The position numbers were made by a program, and so were the translations under genes. A stretch of 64,000 nt of DNA, from NCBI GenBank assembly GCA_038496445.1, contig JALMLS010000487.1, forward strand, positions 212,407 through 276,406. The letters are read 5' to 3'. The notes beneath the pieces are model-generated. The model was not told the DNA's origin and searched no databases. It was given only the letters and a program-made list of their open reading frames with translations. This DNA is from Trichosphaerium sp. ATCC 40318 (Eukaryota; Protista; Tubulinea). This document shows, one piece after another, positions 48,003-59,820 of the stretch (its first letter is position 1; each line of letters starts with the position of its first letter).

Positions 48003-50012
48003 TTATGCATCTTTATCTTTTGGTGCGTCATTATCAATTACTTCTTCTTTTGAACTCTCTTCTATGATTTGTCTACGTTCTGGTGCTTGAGACTCATTTC
48101 TAGGAGCAGGTTCTGGGATAGAATCCATTTCTTCTTTTTGAGCTGCAACTGCTTGTCTACTACGAGCTGCTTTGACTGGAGTCACACGTCTTAAAATAAG
48201 AATCAGTACACGTGATAGCAAACTAAACAAAAAGGAGGACAATTAAGAATTAAATCAAGAGTTAATTGTAAGACCGATCAATTATTGTCATCATTAATGA
48301 ATGTTGCTTCCTTGAATGTTTTTTCATGCGTTTAAACGTTCTTAAGTAAAGGTGATGAAATCTGACCAAATGTATTTTATGCGATCCAAAAGTTTTTAAT
48401 GTTTCAAAAAATAATAACGATATATCAACCGAATAATAAAGCAACTCATCATTAACTTACCTAAAGTAAGGTTCTTGCTTTTCCTTGTCATCTCCATCAA
48501 TCAACCAATCCAATAAAGTATCAAAATAACCAGCTTTACGTGGTTGAACATTTACAGGAGCTTGTACTTGTCTTGCAGCTCCTAAAATTAACTTTCAGTA
48601 AAAAATACATCTAAGTGTTTTGAATATTTAAATGGAGTACTTTGTTTCATGTGAGCAGGTACAGGCATAGAAGGAGGTGGAGAACGAATAACATTTTGTC
48701 GTGGTTGATTCTGTTTTTTTTGAGATAAAAACGTTAATGGCTGAAGAGTACAAGTAGTTTCTATTACCTGCGGTGGTGGTCTGTAAGGAGAGTTTGCTGG
48801 AGGTTGAGATTGTTGAATCCTAGAATGTTCAGGAGATCTGAATCCAGTTTGTGCAGGTTCTCTTTGTGAGTTATGTGCGGCAATACCACCAGTTGGCATT
48901 GATGCGGTCGGTCTTCGATAGTTTGCTGGTGGTGCGCTTTTTGGTGTTGGCGCTTGGCGGGGCTATTGGGGATGGTTAGAAGATACTAAAAATGCTCAAA
49001 GTTGTGATGAAGTAATACCTGTCCCGTAGGTGTCATGGCAGCTGTTGCACCCGGTCTACGTCTCAAACCTAAAGAGTTGTTTAAAAATGGCGGTGATGGT
49101 GAACTTAATTGATTTTGTAAGTAATGTGGGTTTTCTTCTCCAGTTTCTTGGAGGTTCAAGTTTGATTCTGATGTCATTTTGAAGTGATACTTTTGAGTCA
49201 AGTAGTTCTAAAAATGTACCTGGGTTTTGCTTTCTTGGATCACCTGGTGTAAGGTTCTTCAAAGTGCTTTCATATGTTTCAACTAGTTTTCTTGTTTCAT
49301 AGTAGTTTGTAAATTCTTTGAGCTCTTCTAACTTAACAGTAGTTAGCTCATAATCATTTTACCTCGTGAAGGGTACCTTTTCGACTTGTTGCTTATGAAT
49401 TTTGTCTCTGTAAGCCACTGCATAAATAGTTAAAAGTAAGCACACGTGAGCGAAATTTCTGACTTATGGCGTAAATTTAAAAAACTTGTTTTGTTTTAAA
49501 GAATAAGAAAAAGATCGCACGTGATAATCGCCTACATCTCCCGTAATACCAATTTACAATCCTATTCAATAACATACTACTATATACAATAGTCAGGACG
49601 GTACTTAAACGTAAATGTAGGTTTTTTTTCGTTAATTTACGTTTCTTGATTCTGTACGCTTTTATCGCACTAATTCAGCGCAAGACGTATAATGACAAGT
49701 TGTAAAAACGTACCCAAACGGTATAGCTACTATCGGCACAAGATAAACTAAACGCTCCCATGGTTCTGTAATAACAACTATAAAGTACCAGAACACGAGA
49801 TAAGAGAGCTCCAGTAAAGTGAATAAAATCAAAAGGCGCCATGTCAACGTTCTATGTGCTTGAGCGTATCCTTGTAACCTATCCTCGGCTTCTTGGAGCT
49901 GTTGGTCAAGTTTCTCGAGTTCCGCGCCTATTTTGCCCTATCGCTCGTTAATATATGTACTAACGTATTATAATACCCTTTTAGGCCGAAAATACGAGAA
50001 AATGGAGCCCAT
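48003..50012 (-). CDS. Lunapark-like protein, copy 2
   Basis: Mirror of 34852-36860. Confidence 0.8.
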
Positions 50013-51309
50013 GACTCAGTATTAGACACAGAACTGACTTTTCCACTCAAAATCGGTCTTTCAAGAAAACAGTTACGTGGCACAAAACCGAAACGCCAAA
50101 CGTTGTAAAAAGATAGCTTGTAAGTTGATGTATGATATGTCATGAGTATACACTGCTAGACGATGCTGGGAACGATTCTAGTTAGTTTATATTATTATTA
50201 CCTAAGGCACATGTGATTTATCATCAATCATCACATGACAAGGCATAATCTAACAATCCCTATATGTGGAGAACTCAACTTCTGGGCGCTTTGTATAAGG
50301 TCTTATACATATGACAAGACAAAGGTTCTTTACAAGGAAGAAAACGTTGTAAACTTATACTAGAACTTATTGCAATAACAGCCTCGTTTCTATTTTTCCG
50401 ATGGAGCTAACGTGAAACCTTTCTTGGCTTACGTTTTAAACTGTATTGCCTGTTTCATTCAAGTTATGAGACAGAGTGACTTTTAGCAAAAAAAATCCAG
50501 TACCTGTAGGATCTGACGGATTTGACACTGCTGGCAGATCTTGCAAATCTCACCCTTTTTAAACGTGTTCCTCAAGCCTGTCCAGTAAATCCAACCGTTT
50601 CAAACCTACGTTATTGGGCCAATCAATTCAACACGTGATTTAACAAACCAACAATTTTTATTTGGATATTTGACACCCGCCGGCGTTTACAAAGCCTACA
50701 GCTACGCTGGTGTTTTTGGAGATTTTAGCGTTATTACACGTGCCTTGATGTTTGGGTGTTGCGAGAGCGCTTTTGTTAGCGTGGGGTAGGCGCTAGCGTA
50801 GCGCTAGTAAGTTATACACGTACGTTGATTGGAAGTAAAAACATACAGCAAACAGTGTTTGAGGTATTCATACCGTGTTTGGCGGTAATGCGATAGCTTT
50901 GTAGGACATCAAATTCGCTTTTGCAAACTTTAATTCGTTTTTAGCTCATTGGACACTTCTGTGGGTTGATCGTACTGTGTAGGCAAAAATATACTGCGAT
51001 CATCTCCCACGGTATTGAAACTGTAACCAATACTGCGGCAAGGGTTGGAAATTTAGTACATTTTGACAAGGAACTAACAAAAATAGCTCATGACCAACCT
51101 GTTAAACCATTGGGAGGTGCCTTCTTATGGTATTAGCTTCTTTGTATAAAACAGACAGGAACTAAAAGACGTGTATGAAAATACAAATTCAAACTATCTG
51201 CTTCTATCCAATGTAAGCGCGCTTGGTTCCTTGAAAAGAAATCTTCTACAGGAACTGTGAACCTGTTCACGAACTGTAAAATAGTCATAATATCAGCAAC
51301 TACAAGACA

Positions 51310-51963
51310 ATGACAACGGAAACAAAACTTACTGAAACAAAACCTACTGAAGTAGAGATTGCCAAAAATACAAAAGCTATAATCCGTATAGCTCGAGAAA
51401 GTTTGTCAAACTCCAGTAACCCAATATACAAGGCTATAAATCACTTTTTAAACATCCTCAGAACAAAGACACGCACTTTCTTTAAAGAATGTTTAGAACG
51501 GAACACTAGCCTAGCAGATAAACTTGTCAACGCGTACGTTTGTTCTACACAGTCAGACTTTGGGTTTTAACTCAACTGTTAGGATTGGTTCCACTGTAAC
51601 CGATTTATTGTTCACTGTTGCTTCGGCAGCACTACAAATGGTTTTCAACGCTTTTGGTAATCCGAAGGTATGACGTTCCTTTTCTTTTAGTCAAAGTGTC
51701 TCATTCTGTTTTTTATTTATCACGTGGCACTAATTCATTACAAGGTTTGGCAAGCTGCACACGCTTGTGGCATGAAATCATGGCGTGAAAATGAAGGAAA
51801 TGGTGTGCTGGCACAAACGTATGGATACTCAAAGCGTATGGCAGCCTTCTTTGCTGAAGTTTGGGCGCAATCATGGGCAATTGCTGTGAAAGCAGCTGGT
51901 GTGGAACTAGATGAAGACGAGAAACAGATAGTAAAGGACCTACTTGAGGCTGGAATTCAATAA
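51310..51963 (+). CDS. Hypothetical helical protein, copy 2
   Basis: Mirror of 32889-33542 with two amino-acid differences in the last exon. Confidence 0.65.
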
Positions 51964-52506
51964 ATTGAAGCTAAAAACAAACTGCTTTTTGTTGTTTTCT
52001 GTACTGCATCACTAATCGATGGGCAAAAGAACAGTAGCAAAGTTGATCAATGCCCTTGTGTTCAATAGCAAAGTCTTCCTGCCCGACCTGCAATCTAAAG
52101 ACCTTGAATTGCCTTCTTTTTATGTAGTTCAGTTAAAGCAATTTCAAGAAAACAAGGGACTGTTGTTTTGTTCAAAACTACACGTGACCAACATGCTTTT
52201 TGGTACTCATTCAACTTACTGACTTTAAACATAGTTTTTCAACATCGATAAACCACTTTAAATAATAAATAACATTTAAGTTTTAACGGACTTGCAATGA
52301 AAACAACAAACCCTAACAAGAATATCTAAAGCCTCCCGTAAGTATTAATTGTATCGGGTGTTAAGGTAGCAAAGAACACTATTTTCTTCACTAGTAATCA
52401 ATATTGAAGAAAATCACTTACATTATTTCTGCAAGGCACAAACGATGAACGTTACCATTAGTTTACAATTTTATTTATTACATAGTTCAGATGAATTGTT
52501 TACTTT

Positions 52507-54852
52507 TTAATCTACATGGATAATGCTAAGTACTTGATGTTTCTTTGTACCAGTGATAATCTGATCTGCTACAACATAACAAATAGTACTCACTATAAGT
52601 AAGCCAGGCTGAATCCATATTTGGGCATAGCATGACCCTTCAACATTGGCAAGAGGGATATGTGGAGGATAGAAGAATCCAATCGCAATAGCAAAGTTCT
52701 TAGATAAAGTAAGTAAGTGTTGGTGTTGATTGATAAATACAAGTGAAAGAACTGATCATTATAGTAATGTGATTTTGATTGTAAACGGTATCAAACTTGG
52801 CAAACACAAAACACTTTCTTAGAAATACTGGATGAACAGGCGTAAAGAAGTTTGAAAAAAAATGCTTGTCTTTACCTGTAAAAAGAAGAATACTGTAAAT
52901 CCTCCTATACTCTCCCCAGAGTAAGCTTCTCCAAGAAGAGAGTAAACCTTTATTTTCAAGTTAATTGGCGAAACAAGCTACGTGTTGCAAAAGTTCCTTA
53001 CTTGTGTATTGAAAATAGAGTCACTAATCCCAAGAAGCACAGCCGCTACAAAAGCAGTCCATGGGACACCATCAAGTGTCAATGAATCAGACCACCAACC
53101 ATCACGAACACACATAACAAAGAAGAGTGCTAAACCAAAAGTAAAGCTCCTAAAAAAAAAATAAGAATGTGTTTAACCACAGCCGTGCTTTATTCACGTG
53201 ATTATTTAAAAAACCAGCAAAATAGTTTGAGAAACGTAAGGCCAACAGGTGGTAGAGAAACGCAAAAGGATACTCCACGAAAAACATAAACCAAAAAAGA
53301 TGTTTAAAGTACCCTCCTACTACAACAAAACTGTGTCCTATCTTGTCGGATATAGGTCCTATTATAAGACCACCCAACATATCTGCAGCGGCTAAAAATG
53401 TCAGAGCTAATCCGACACCTTTAGCATCAAGTAATAGAGGAAAAGAGCCTGCCCAAAAAGATAGCTCAAATCCTACGACAATGTGAGTTTGTAATCAACA
53501 CACTAACATTCACTTAACATACCTGTGAATAAGAACATCGGCGTCATAAGTAAAAACTCATAACGTGGTATAATTTTGGAGGCAGTCTTTAAGACTTTGA
53601 AGGGAGATGGCCTTTATAAACAAAGTTTGTAAGCGACAACAAAGCAACTTTTTTTTTTGTTACCTTGAGAAACGCATTGCTTTTCGTTCAATTTTCGCAA
53701 CTGGTGACCTTGTTTGAAGTCCTATTACTACACTACCACAACCAGCCATCACAGTAAATATAATACAAAGAGTAGAAAACGAGAGATACTTAAAAATGAA
53801 GTATGCAGTAAGATTTCCAAAAACAGAGGAAAGCTGGTATGCTGCCCAAAAGATACCAGAATTTCTACCTCTATTTCCTTCTGAGGAAATCTCTGTCAAA
53901 AAAGCACCTAAATAAATCGATTAATAACACGTGATACATGAATTATTGGTGCAGGCTATATAATGATCCAAGCAAGTTTGAGGCTATGGCTGGTGCACAA
54001 CAAGCGAGAAACATAGTTCTGATTTTTTGGTTTTTTTTTAAAGAATTTGGCGCACCTTGAGCAACCCACAGCAATGCAGCACCAATACCACATACTGAAG
54101 CTATTATATACAATAAAATATGTACTATTTTTATAAGACTAGCGATTAGAATTGTATAACATATTGCACCAATAACCATCGACCACCTTTGTAAAAAAAA
54201 GCGTTAATAAAAAATGTACTAGCAACAAAAAAAATCCGAACAATTTTGACGCACCTCTCGGAGATGTAGCTGATAACCACAGGAGAAAGTAAAGAAAAAA
54301 ATGCACATGAAGAGCATAGTATTGCCATTGACACGCTTCCAAGCTTTCCTGCGATGCAATCAGCAAAAAGAAAGTATCAAACTAAAAATTATAGCGGCAA
54401 GGTCGCTATTAAACGATAATTGATCATTATAAGGCCACTCAAAATGTAGAAAAGCAGTTGTAAAACGTTAAACGTTGAAATGAGTTTTTCAAGCGTAAAC
54501 GCAACAGTTTATTGTGTTTAAAGTAATATCTACGCGTCGGAGAGTGTTTTAAGAAGTTTCAAGTTTTAGCGTGATAATAGCACGTTACCTGGTAAAATTG
54601 TCGTCATATAGTTCTGGATAGTGTTTGCAGCCATAAACACAAGAAAAAGCCGACGCTCATTATTGTGAGGTTATACCACTCGTACGATATCCCACATATC
54701 GTTTCTTTATTGATTTTGGCTTTATCCGTCTTCCTCTTTGGAATTACGCCTAAACTCTCAGTGTGCCATAAAGTTCGTTTTGGCAGTAGGGTTTGTGTCT
54801 CCTCATCAAGTAAATGCACAATATCTTCATTGCTGGCTTGAATATTAGCCAT
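52507..54852 (-). CDS. UNC-93-like MFS protein, copy 2 (apparent frameshift in exon 1)
   Basis: Mirror of 29919-32339. Exon 1 reads GFFLCLWL instead of GFFLVFMA because of a T-run length difference. Confidence 0.7.
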
Positions 54853-55026
54853 GCAAGTCAGTACAAACCAAGGAATCCGTGCACTAAAAAGTCATTGGAA
54901 GTCTGGCTATTCTGTGAAGAATTGACGGTTTGTCATGTTATCTAAAGATTGACTCATCACAATATTGTCAGCAATAACATTGTGGAAACAAATGTGAGCT
55001 TGTAGCTTCAGAGAATATGATCAACC

Positions 55027-55399
55027 ACATTCCTTAGATGACATGTCAACATATGCAAAAGTGCTATAACATATAGGCTTTGAAGACTTGTCTCAGTTAA
55101 CACAATAAAACAAGAGTATCACTACTATCCACAATTCTTGTTTAGCAACAAGTAATACACCTTGTATTAATATTATCAGTCAAGTTGTGTTTGAGTGCTA
55201 AAAAAGAACGCTGTACCCATGTTTTATTGTAGTGAGTGGTAATGCTTCATCGCATGGACCAATGGCACAGACCAAAGATGGGTTTTGGATCTATAGAAGA
55301 AGACCAATGTTAAAGTGTAATAATTTAAGAAAAGTTTAAATAAAACAGAGTTGGTTACGAGTCCAAGCTAGGGATGTTGACATGTCATCTAAGGAATGT
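55027..55399. repeat. 373-bp unit bounded by a perfect 26-bp inverted repeat (possible old MITE)
   Basis: ACATTCCTTAGATGACATGTCAACAT (55027-55052) / reverse complement at 55374-55399. Left-arm counterpart 29063-29744 has one repeat truncated. Confidence 0.65.
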
Positions 55400-55614
55400 T
55401 TATATGGACCAGGGACAACCGGCTCCATATTTGCCTTCAGAAAGTGGTAATTTGAAGACCAAGCATATGCACTCACTAGACATTGATTGTCTCATGTTCT
55501 TCAGTACCTTTCAAGTTAAGCAACCACAGGTAAGAAACAGCCTAATTTCAGAATTTTGATTAACAAGGCAATAAAAACTGGTTTTTTATTTCCAAACACT
55601 TTGCGTCACTTTAA

Positions 55615-56815
55615 TTATTTTTTGGTACAAGTTTTTAAATACAGCAGTTGATCGAGACATTCTTGAGTAATTGACGTGTCAAAAATATGAATGCTGCGAA
55701 CCCCAGTTAGTGATTTAATGGCCTCATTTGTTATCTGTTTACAACCTATAAGCGTAATAAACATATGCACCAGAAAGGCCTGTACACCTTTATCTGTAAT
55801 ATTTTTGCAACAAGTAAGATCTATAGTGTGTGCACCTGAAAGATATCTTAATCCTTCATCTGTAACTGCAGTTTTTAGATAGGTTAAATGGTATGTACAC
55901 CGCGAGTTCTTTTAACCCCTCATCTGTAACTGCAGTATTAGATAGACGAATGGTATGTACACCAGCAAGTGCTTTTATCCCGTCGTCTGTAATATGCTTA
56001 CAATAAAGAAGTTTTATATTGTGAACGCCAGAAAGTGCTTTTAACCCTTCATCAGTGACAGAGGTTCTGTACAGATTAATGGTATGAACACCAGAAAGAG
56101 CTTTTAACCCTTCATCTGATATGAAAGTATTTCTAAGGTTAATGGTGTGTACACCAGCAATTGATTTTAACCCTTCATCTGTAATATGCTTACAATAACC
56201 AAGATGAATATTAGACACACCAGCAAGTGCTTTTTAACCCTTCATCTGTAACTGCAGTATTAGATAGGTTAATGTGTGTACACCAGCAATTGATTTTATC
56301 CCTTCATCTGTAATATGCTTACAATAACCAAGACGAATATTAGACACACCAGAAAGTGCCTTTAACCCTTCATCTGTTACTGTATTACATAGATTAATGG
56401 TATGAACACCAGAGAGTGCTTATACACTTTCATCAGTTACAGTATCACTACACGCACAAAGATCGATGGAATGAACACCAGCAAATGTCTTGATAACATC
56501 ATCAGAAATGGCTTTGCCAACAAGTTTGATGTTTGTGTGCTGGAGAGTACTTGAGTGTTTTAAAACTGCTGAAGCTTGGTCAACACGTGAAATCCGAACG
56601 CTACAGTATCCAATGTCGTGAACAATAGAAGCAAGGTGATGACAGGTTTGAGAAGCAGCAAAGCGTGATTTTGTTGTTTTACGCAAAATAAGCGCTAAAA
56701 CCTCTGTGGGAAGGTCTAAAATGCTTTTATGCGCCCTATTATAGGTTAGAATAGGATAATAGAACAATTTGTGTCTGAACCTTTCATCTTTGGTGTTTAC
56801 TATCTTTACAAGCAT
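55615..56815 (-). CDS. F-box/LRR tandem-repeat protein, copy 2 (different repeat array, frameshifts)
   Basis: Mirror of 27491-28850 with a shorter repeat tract. Confidence 0.7.
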
Positions 56816-57312
56816 GATGAGTGTATGTGGGAGGTTTATATAGAACGGGTACGGAAGAGGAGCGTCTTGTTTATACACGTGCGATGAACTCGTGGCGGTG
56901 TACAAGGGATCACATTCCGTGAACTAGGAGATTTTACATTTTGAACTCTTACAGGTATACCAACTTGTCAAGGTACTTAAATGCCTTCACTTCACACGAA
57001 GATTAATTTTACAATGTTGATGCAATAGTGAACAAACTGATGATACGAAACGAACTTTTTCAACTTTGAAAACAACAAAATAAAACAAACTTGCTACTGC
57101 CCACGTAACTGCAACTTATGTAGCAGTGAAAGGGTCAAGCACCTGTAACATACTTGCAAATGGTGTGGTCTCGTGTATTTGTATGAATACAAACACAAAA
57201 ATAAGAAACAAAACTCGGTAAGCTTAAAGATAAAATGAATCTGAAAACTAAGGATTTTTTGTTTTTGACTGGAATTGAATAATAAGCAGACCGTTCAATT
57301 TCTCTAAGTAAA

Positions 57313-58001
57313 ATGCACGCCGATGCGAGGACGCTTCTAGTAATTGTACTTTGTTGTTTAGGTACGTCGTGCTATAAACAGTAACCATTAAAAAAAAAAA
57401 GGGCCGAGTTTTGGGTTTCAAGCTTTTGAGACGAACAAGTACCACGACCTGACGTTGTTGTTTTCAAATACTAGCGATATTTCATATCAAACAGTTGCGC
57501 TTGGGTTGCGAAATGGGACGAGGGTATACGTTTACGCTGTACAAGGTACGAGTTCAATAAAGTAGGTCTAATAAAAACCGAAAGTTTTTTTTTCGGTACT
57601 TGTCACGTGTACTAAGTTTCTGATTAAAAAGGCGGTCACGCGAACAGAAATAATATGGAGGGGGTATTTATAGGTGTAGGAACGCCAGAAGGTATGTACA
57701 TTTAGAGTTCGTTTCGCTGTAAATAGAAGGCAATAGTTCCTTCTGGATAAATCAAATGCGACTAGGGAGTTTCTCTTATACTTACTCGAGTGTTTATGAA
57801 AAACCGACGGAGTATTTTTCGAAAAGTTCCAAAAATCATTACGCTATGTATTCCAAAGATGGATTTATTGATCGCTAATTACTCTGCGTAGATATTGTAC
57901 AACATGGACAATTTACATATCCAATATTGTTTATTGAAGGCATTTCTGACCCTTACATACCTCCCTTTGAGGATTTCATTCAAGTGATATCAAAGCCTAA
58001 T
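57313..58001 (+). pseudogene. Truncated 5' fragment of the type-I membrane protein gene
   Basis: Copy of 26294-26980, cut at the 58001 junction. Has CAG-TAA where the left copy has CAG-GAA and has lost a GTTAGT donor near 57762. Confidence 0.75.
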
Positions 58002-58052
58002 TAATACCTGTTTTCGGCAGTTACACGTGTGGAAGTGCGGTACAAAGCTGTA

Positions 58053-58880
58053 GAGAATTTTTTCGCTAAGCAGTTGAATGTGCTATGGTGTAAGCACTAT
58101 ATGCTTTGGATCTACACAGTAAGTATGAGAGCTTAATATAAACCTGTAGCCGTGTAAAAAAATAAATACGTTTTACTGTTTTTATGGTATGACGTTATTG
58201 TAAGATGTGAAAATCTTCTCGCTAGGTTTTTATTGTTCATCATTTATACCTTGAAAGTGTATAAAGAGTACTATTGCATCGAACCTGAGTGTGCACACTA
58301 AAATGATAGTTGTGGCTCCGCTAAAAACGTCAAGTTCCGCTTATTGATCTTGATTAGCGATATAAAACCGAGGTAAACGCTTTTTATTTGTTGTAGGGCA
58401 CTTTTTCTAAAAATGTTTACAGTGTTTTTCCTCTTTCTAACTTATGCAACATCCCAAACAGCCAAAAATGATACATACATACTACACGCGCATGTTGAAT
58501 ACAATACATCATTTTTGGCTGTTTGGGATGTTGCATAAGATAGTGAACAAAATTGTTTAATAAACGGCGTTGTTTGCGACCTCACCTCAGGGATAAGTAG
58601 TACATCACTGTTTAAGCAGATTTGGCCTATTTATTCGACGGAAAAAGGTGTTGATGCTCTTAAAAAAGGAATTTAAAGTTCCTTTTTTGCTGAAAAGATC
58701 ACGCCACATATTTTCTATGATAATTGCGTTTAATGTACTTATTGTGCACACCTGTTTTCGATCTTCCTGTTGAAATACAAACCTTAAAGTATCACATACG
58801 GCAGTTTCAGGCGAGTAGCTGACTGCTGTGTTACTGACACATTTTTTACTTTTTCATCAACTGCTTAGAGAAAAATTCTC
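58053..58880. mobile_element. Non-autonomous TIR DNA transposon (MITE), 828 bp, TA target duplication
   Basis: TIRs GAGAATTTTTTCGCTAAGCAGTTGA / TCAACTGCTTAGAGAAAAATTCTC, flanked by TA. Empty GTTAAC sites at 44992-44997 and 39872-39877. No long ORF. Confidence 0.88.
58441..58539. repeat. Perfect 32-bp inverted repeat with 35-nt loop inside the MITE
   Basis: CTTATGCAACATCCCAAACAGCCAAAAATGAT (58441-58472) / ATCATTTTTGGCTGTTTGGGATGTTGCATAAG (58508-58539). Confidence 0.95.
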
Positions 58881-59015
58881 TAACATTTCAATAAGTTATG
58901 TGATGTACCGGCAGAAATAACCGCTATCTGTTTTGAGCACCAAAATCTAAAAGTTAAGCCCTAAGTTCCCGCTTGGTAATTTACATAACACTTTACAACA
59001 CACTAACCACACAAC

Positions 59016-59556
59016 ATGTCAAGCAGAAGCAGAACATCAAAGAGAAAGAGCTCTAAACCAAAGCTGACGTCACCTGTAAAATCAAGAGCGTCAAAGCGCT
59101 CAAGAAGGACTGGAAAAGCCTCACGCGGTTCTTTGGTAAGTTTTACAGCACTTTCTAGCGACTTTTACCGTTCTTTTTTGTAACCGTTGCTGTAGTCAAG
59201 ACAACTTGCCAACATCGCGAACGAAGCGGAACAAAACTACAAAACTGACCGTATCTCTCGTCTATCTCAAAACAAAATTAGAGGTCACTTCAAAACTGGC
59301 ACTGTAACTGCTCCTGACTGTACGTCACTGCCATCACTACCAAAGCCTCAAGAAATTGTTGATTCAACGTAACGGTTACTAATTTTTTTTCTCCTTAGCG
59401 TTTGGTTTCATTTACGGTGACTGGGGTAAACCTAGAAGCAGAACAAGACTCTCTCGAAGATTCTCTTCAACAGTCTTTGACGACGAAGAAGAAGAAGAAG
59501 AAATTTTAGACTTCGAGAAGCTTGACGCTAGTGAAGAGTCTGATAGCGACGAATAA
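59016..59556 (+). CDS. Small basic/acidic protein, copy 3
   Basis: Direct copy of 45126-45664. Confidence 0.72.
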
Positions 59557-59820
59557 GCCCACAAATAATTGTAAAATATCAGCTTTGAGCTGGGCGTGTA
59601 TTATATGTAACATAGACCAACAAACCATTTTCAAGGCTGTATAAAGGACATAAAACAATGTGTCAAAAAGTAAAAAATCATTTTCGTGGTGACTACCTCT
59701 TTGTTCTTCTTTTTGGTAAATGGACTTTGCTAACTTGTCACCTTGACGATAAGAGCGAAAAGCTAAGCAACTTAAAGCGTTTAAGCGTATTTCGGGCAAA
59801 TATTTTGTGACAAAGTAGCA

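Larger units (their letters stand above)
42911..58001 (-). repeat. Right arm of palindrome
   Basis: Matches the left arm in reverse from 42911 (=41957) out to CTAAT at 57997-58001 (=26294-26298). Confidence 0.97.
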
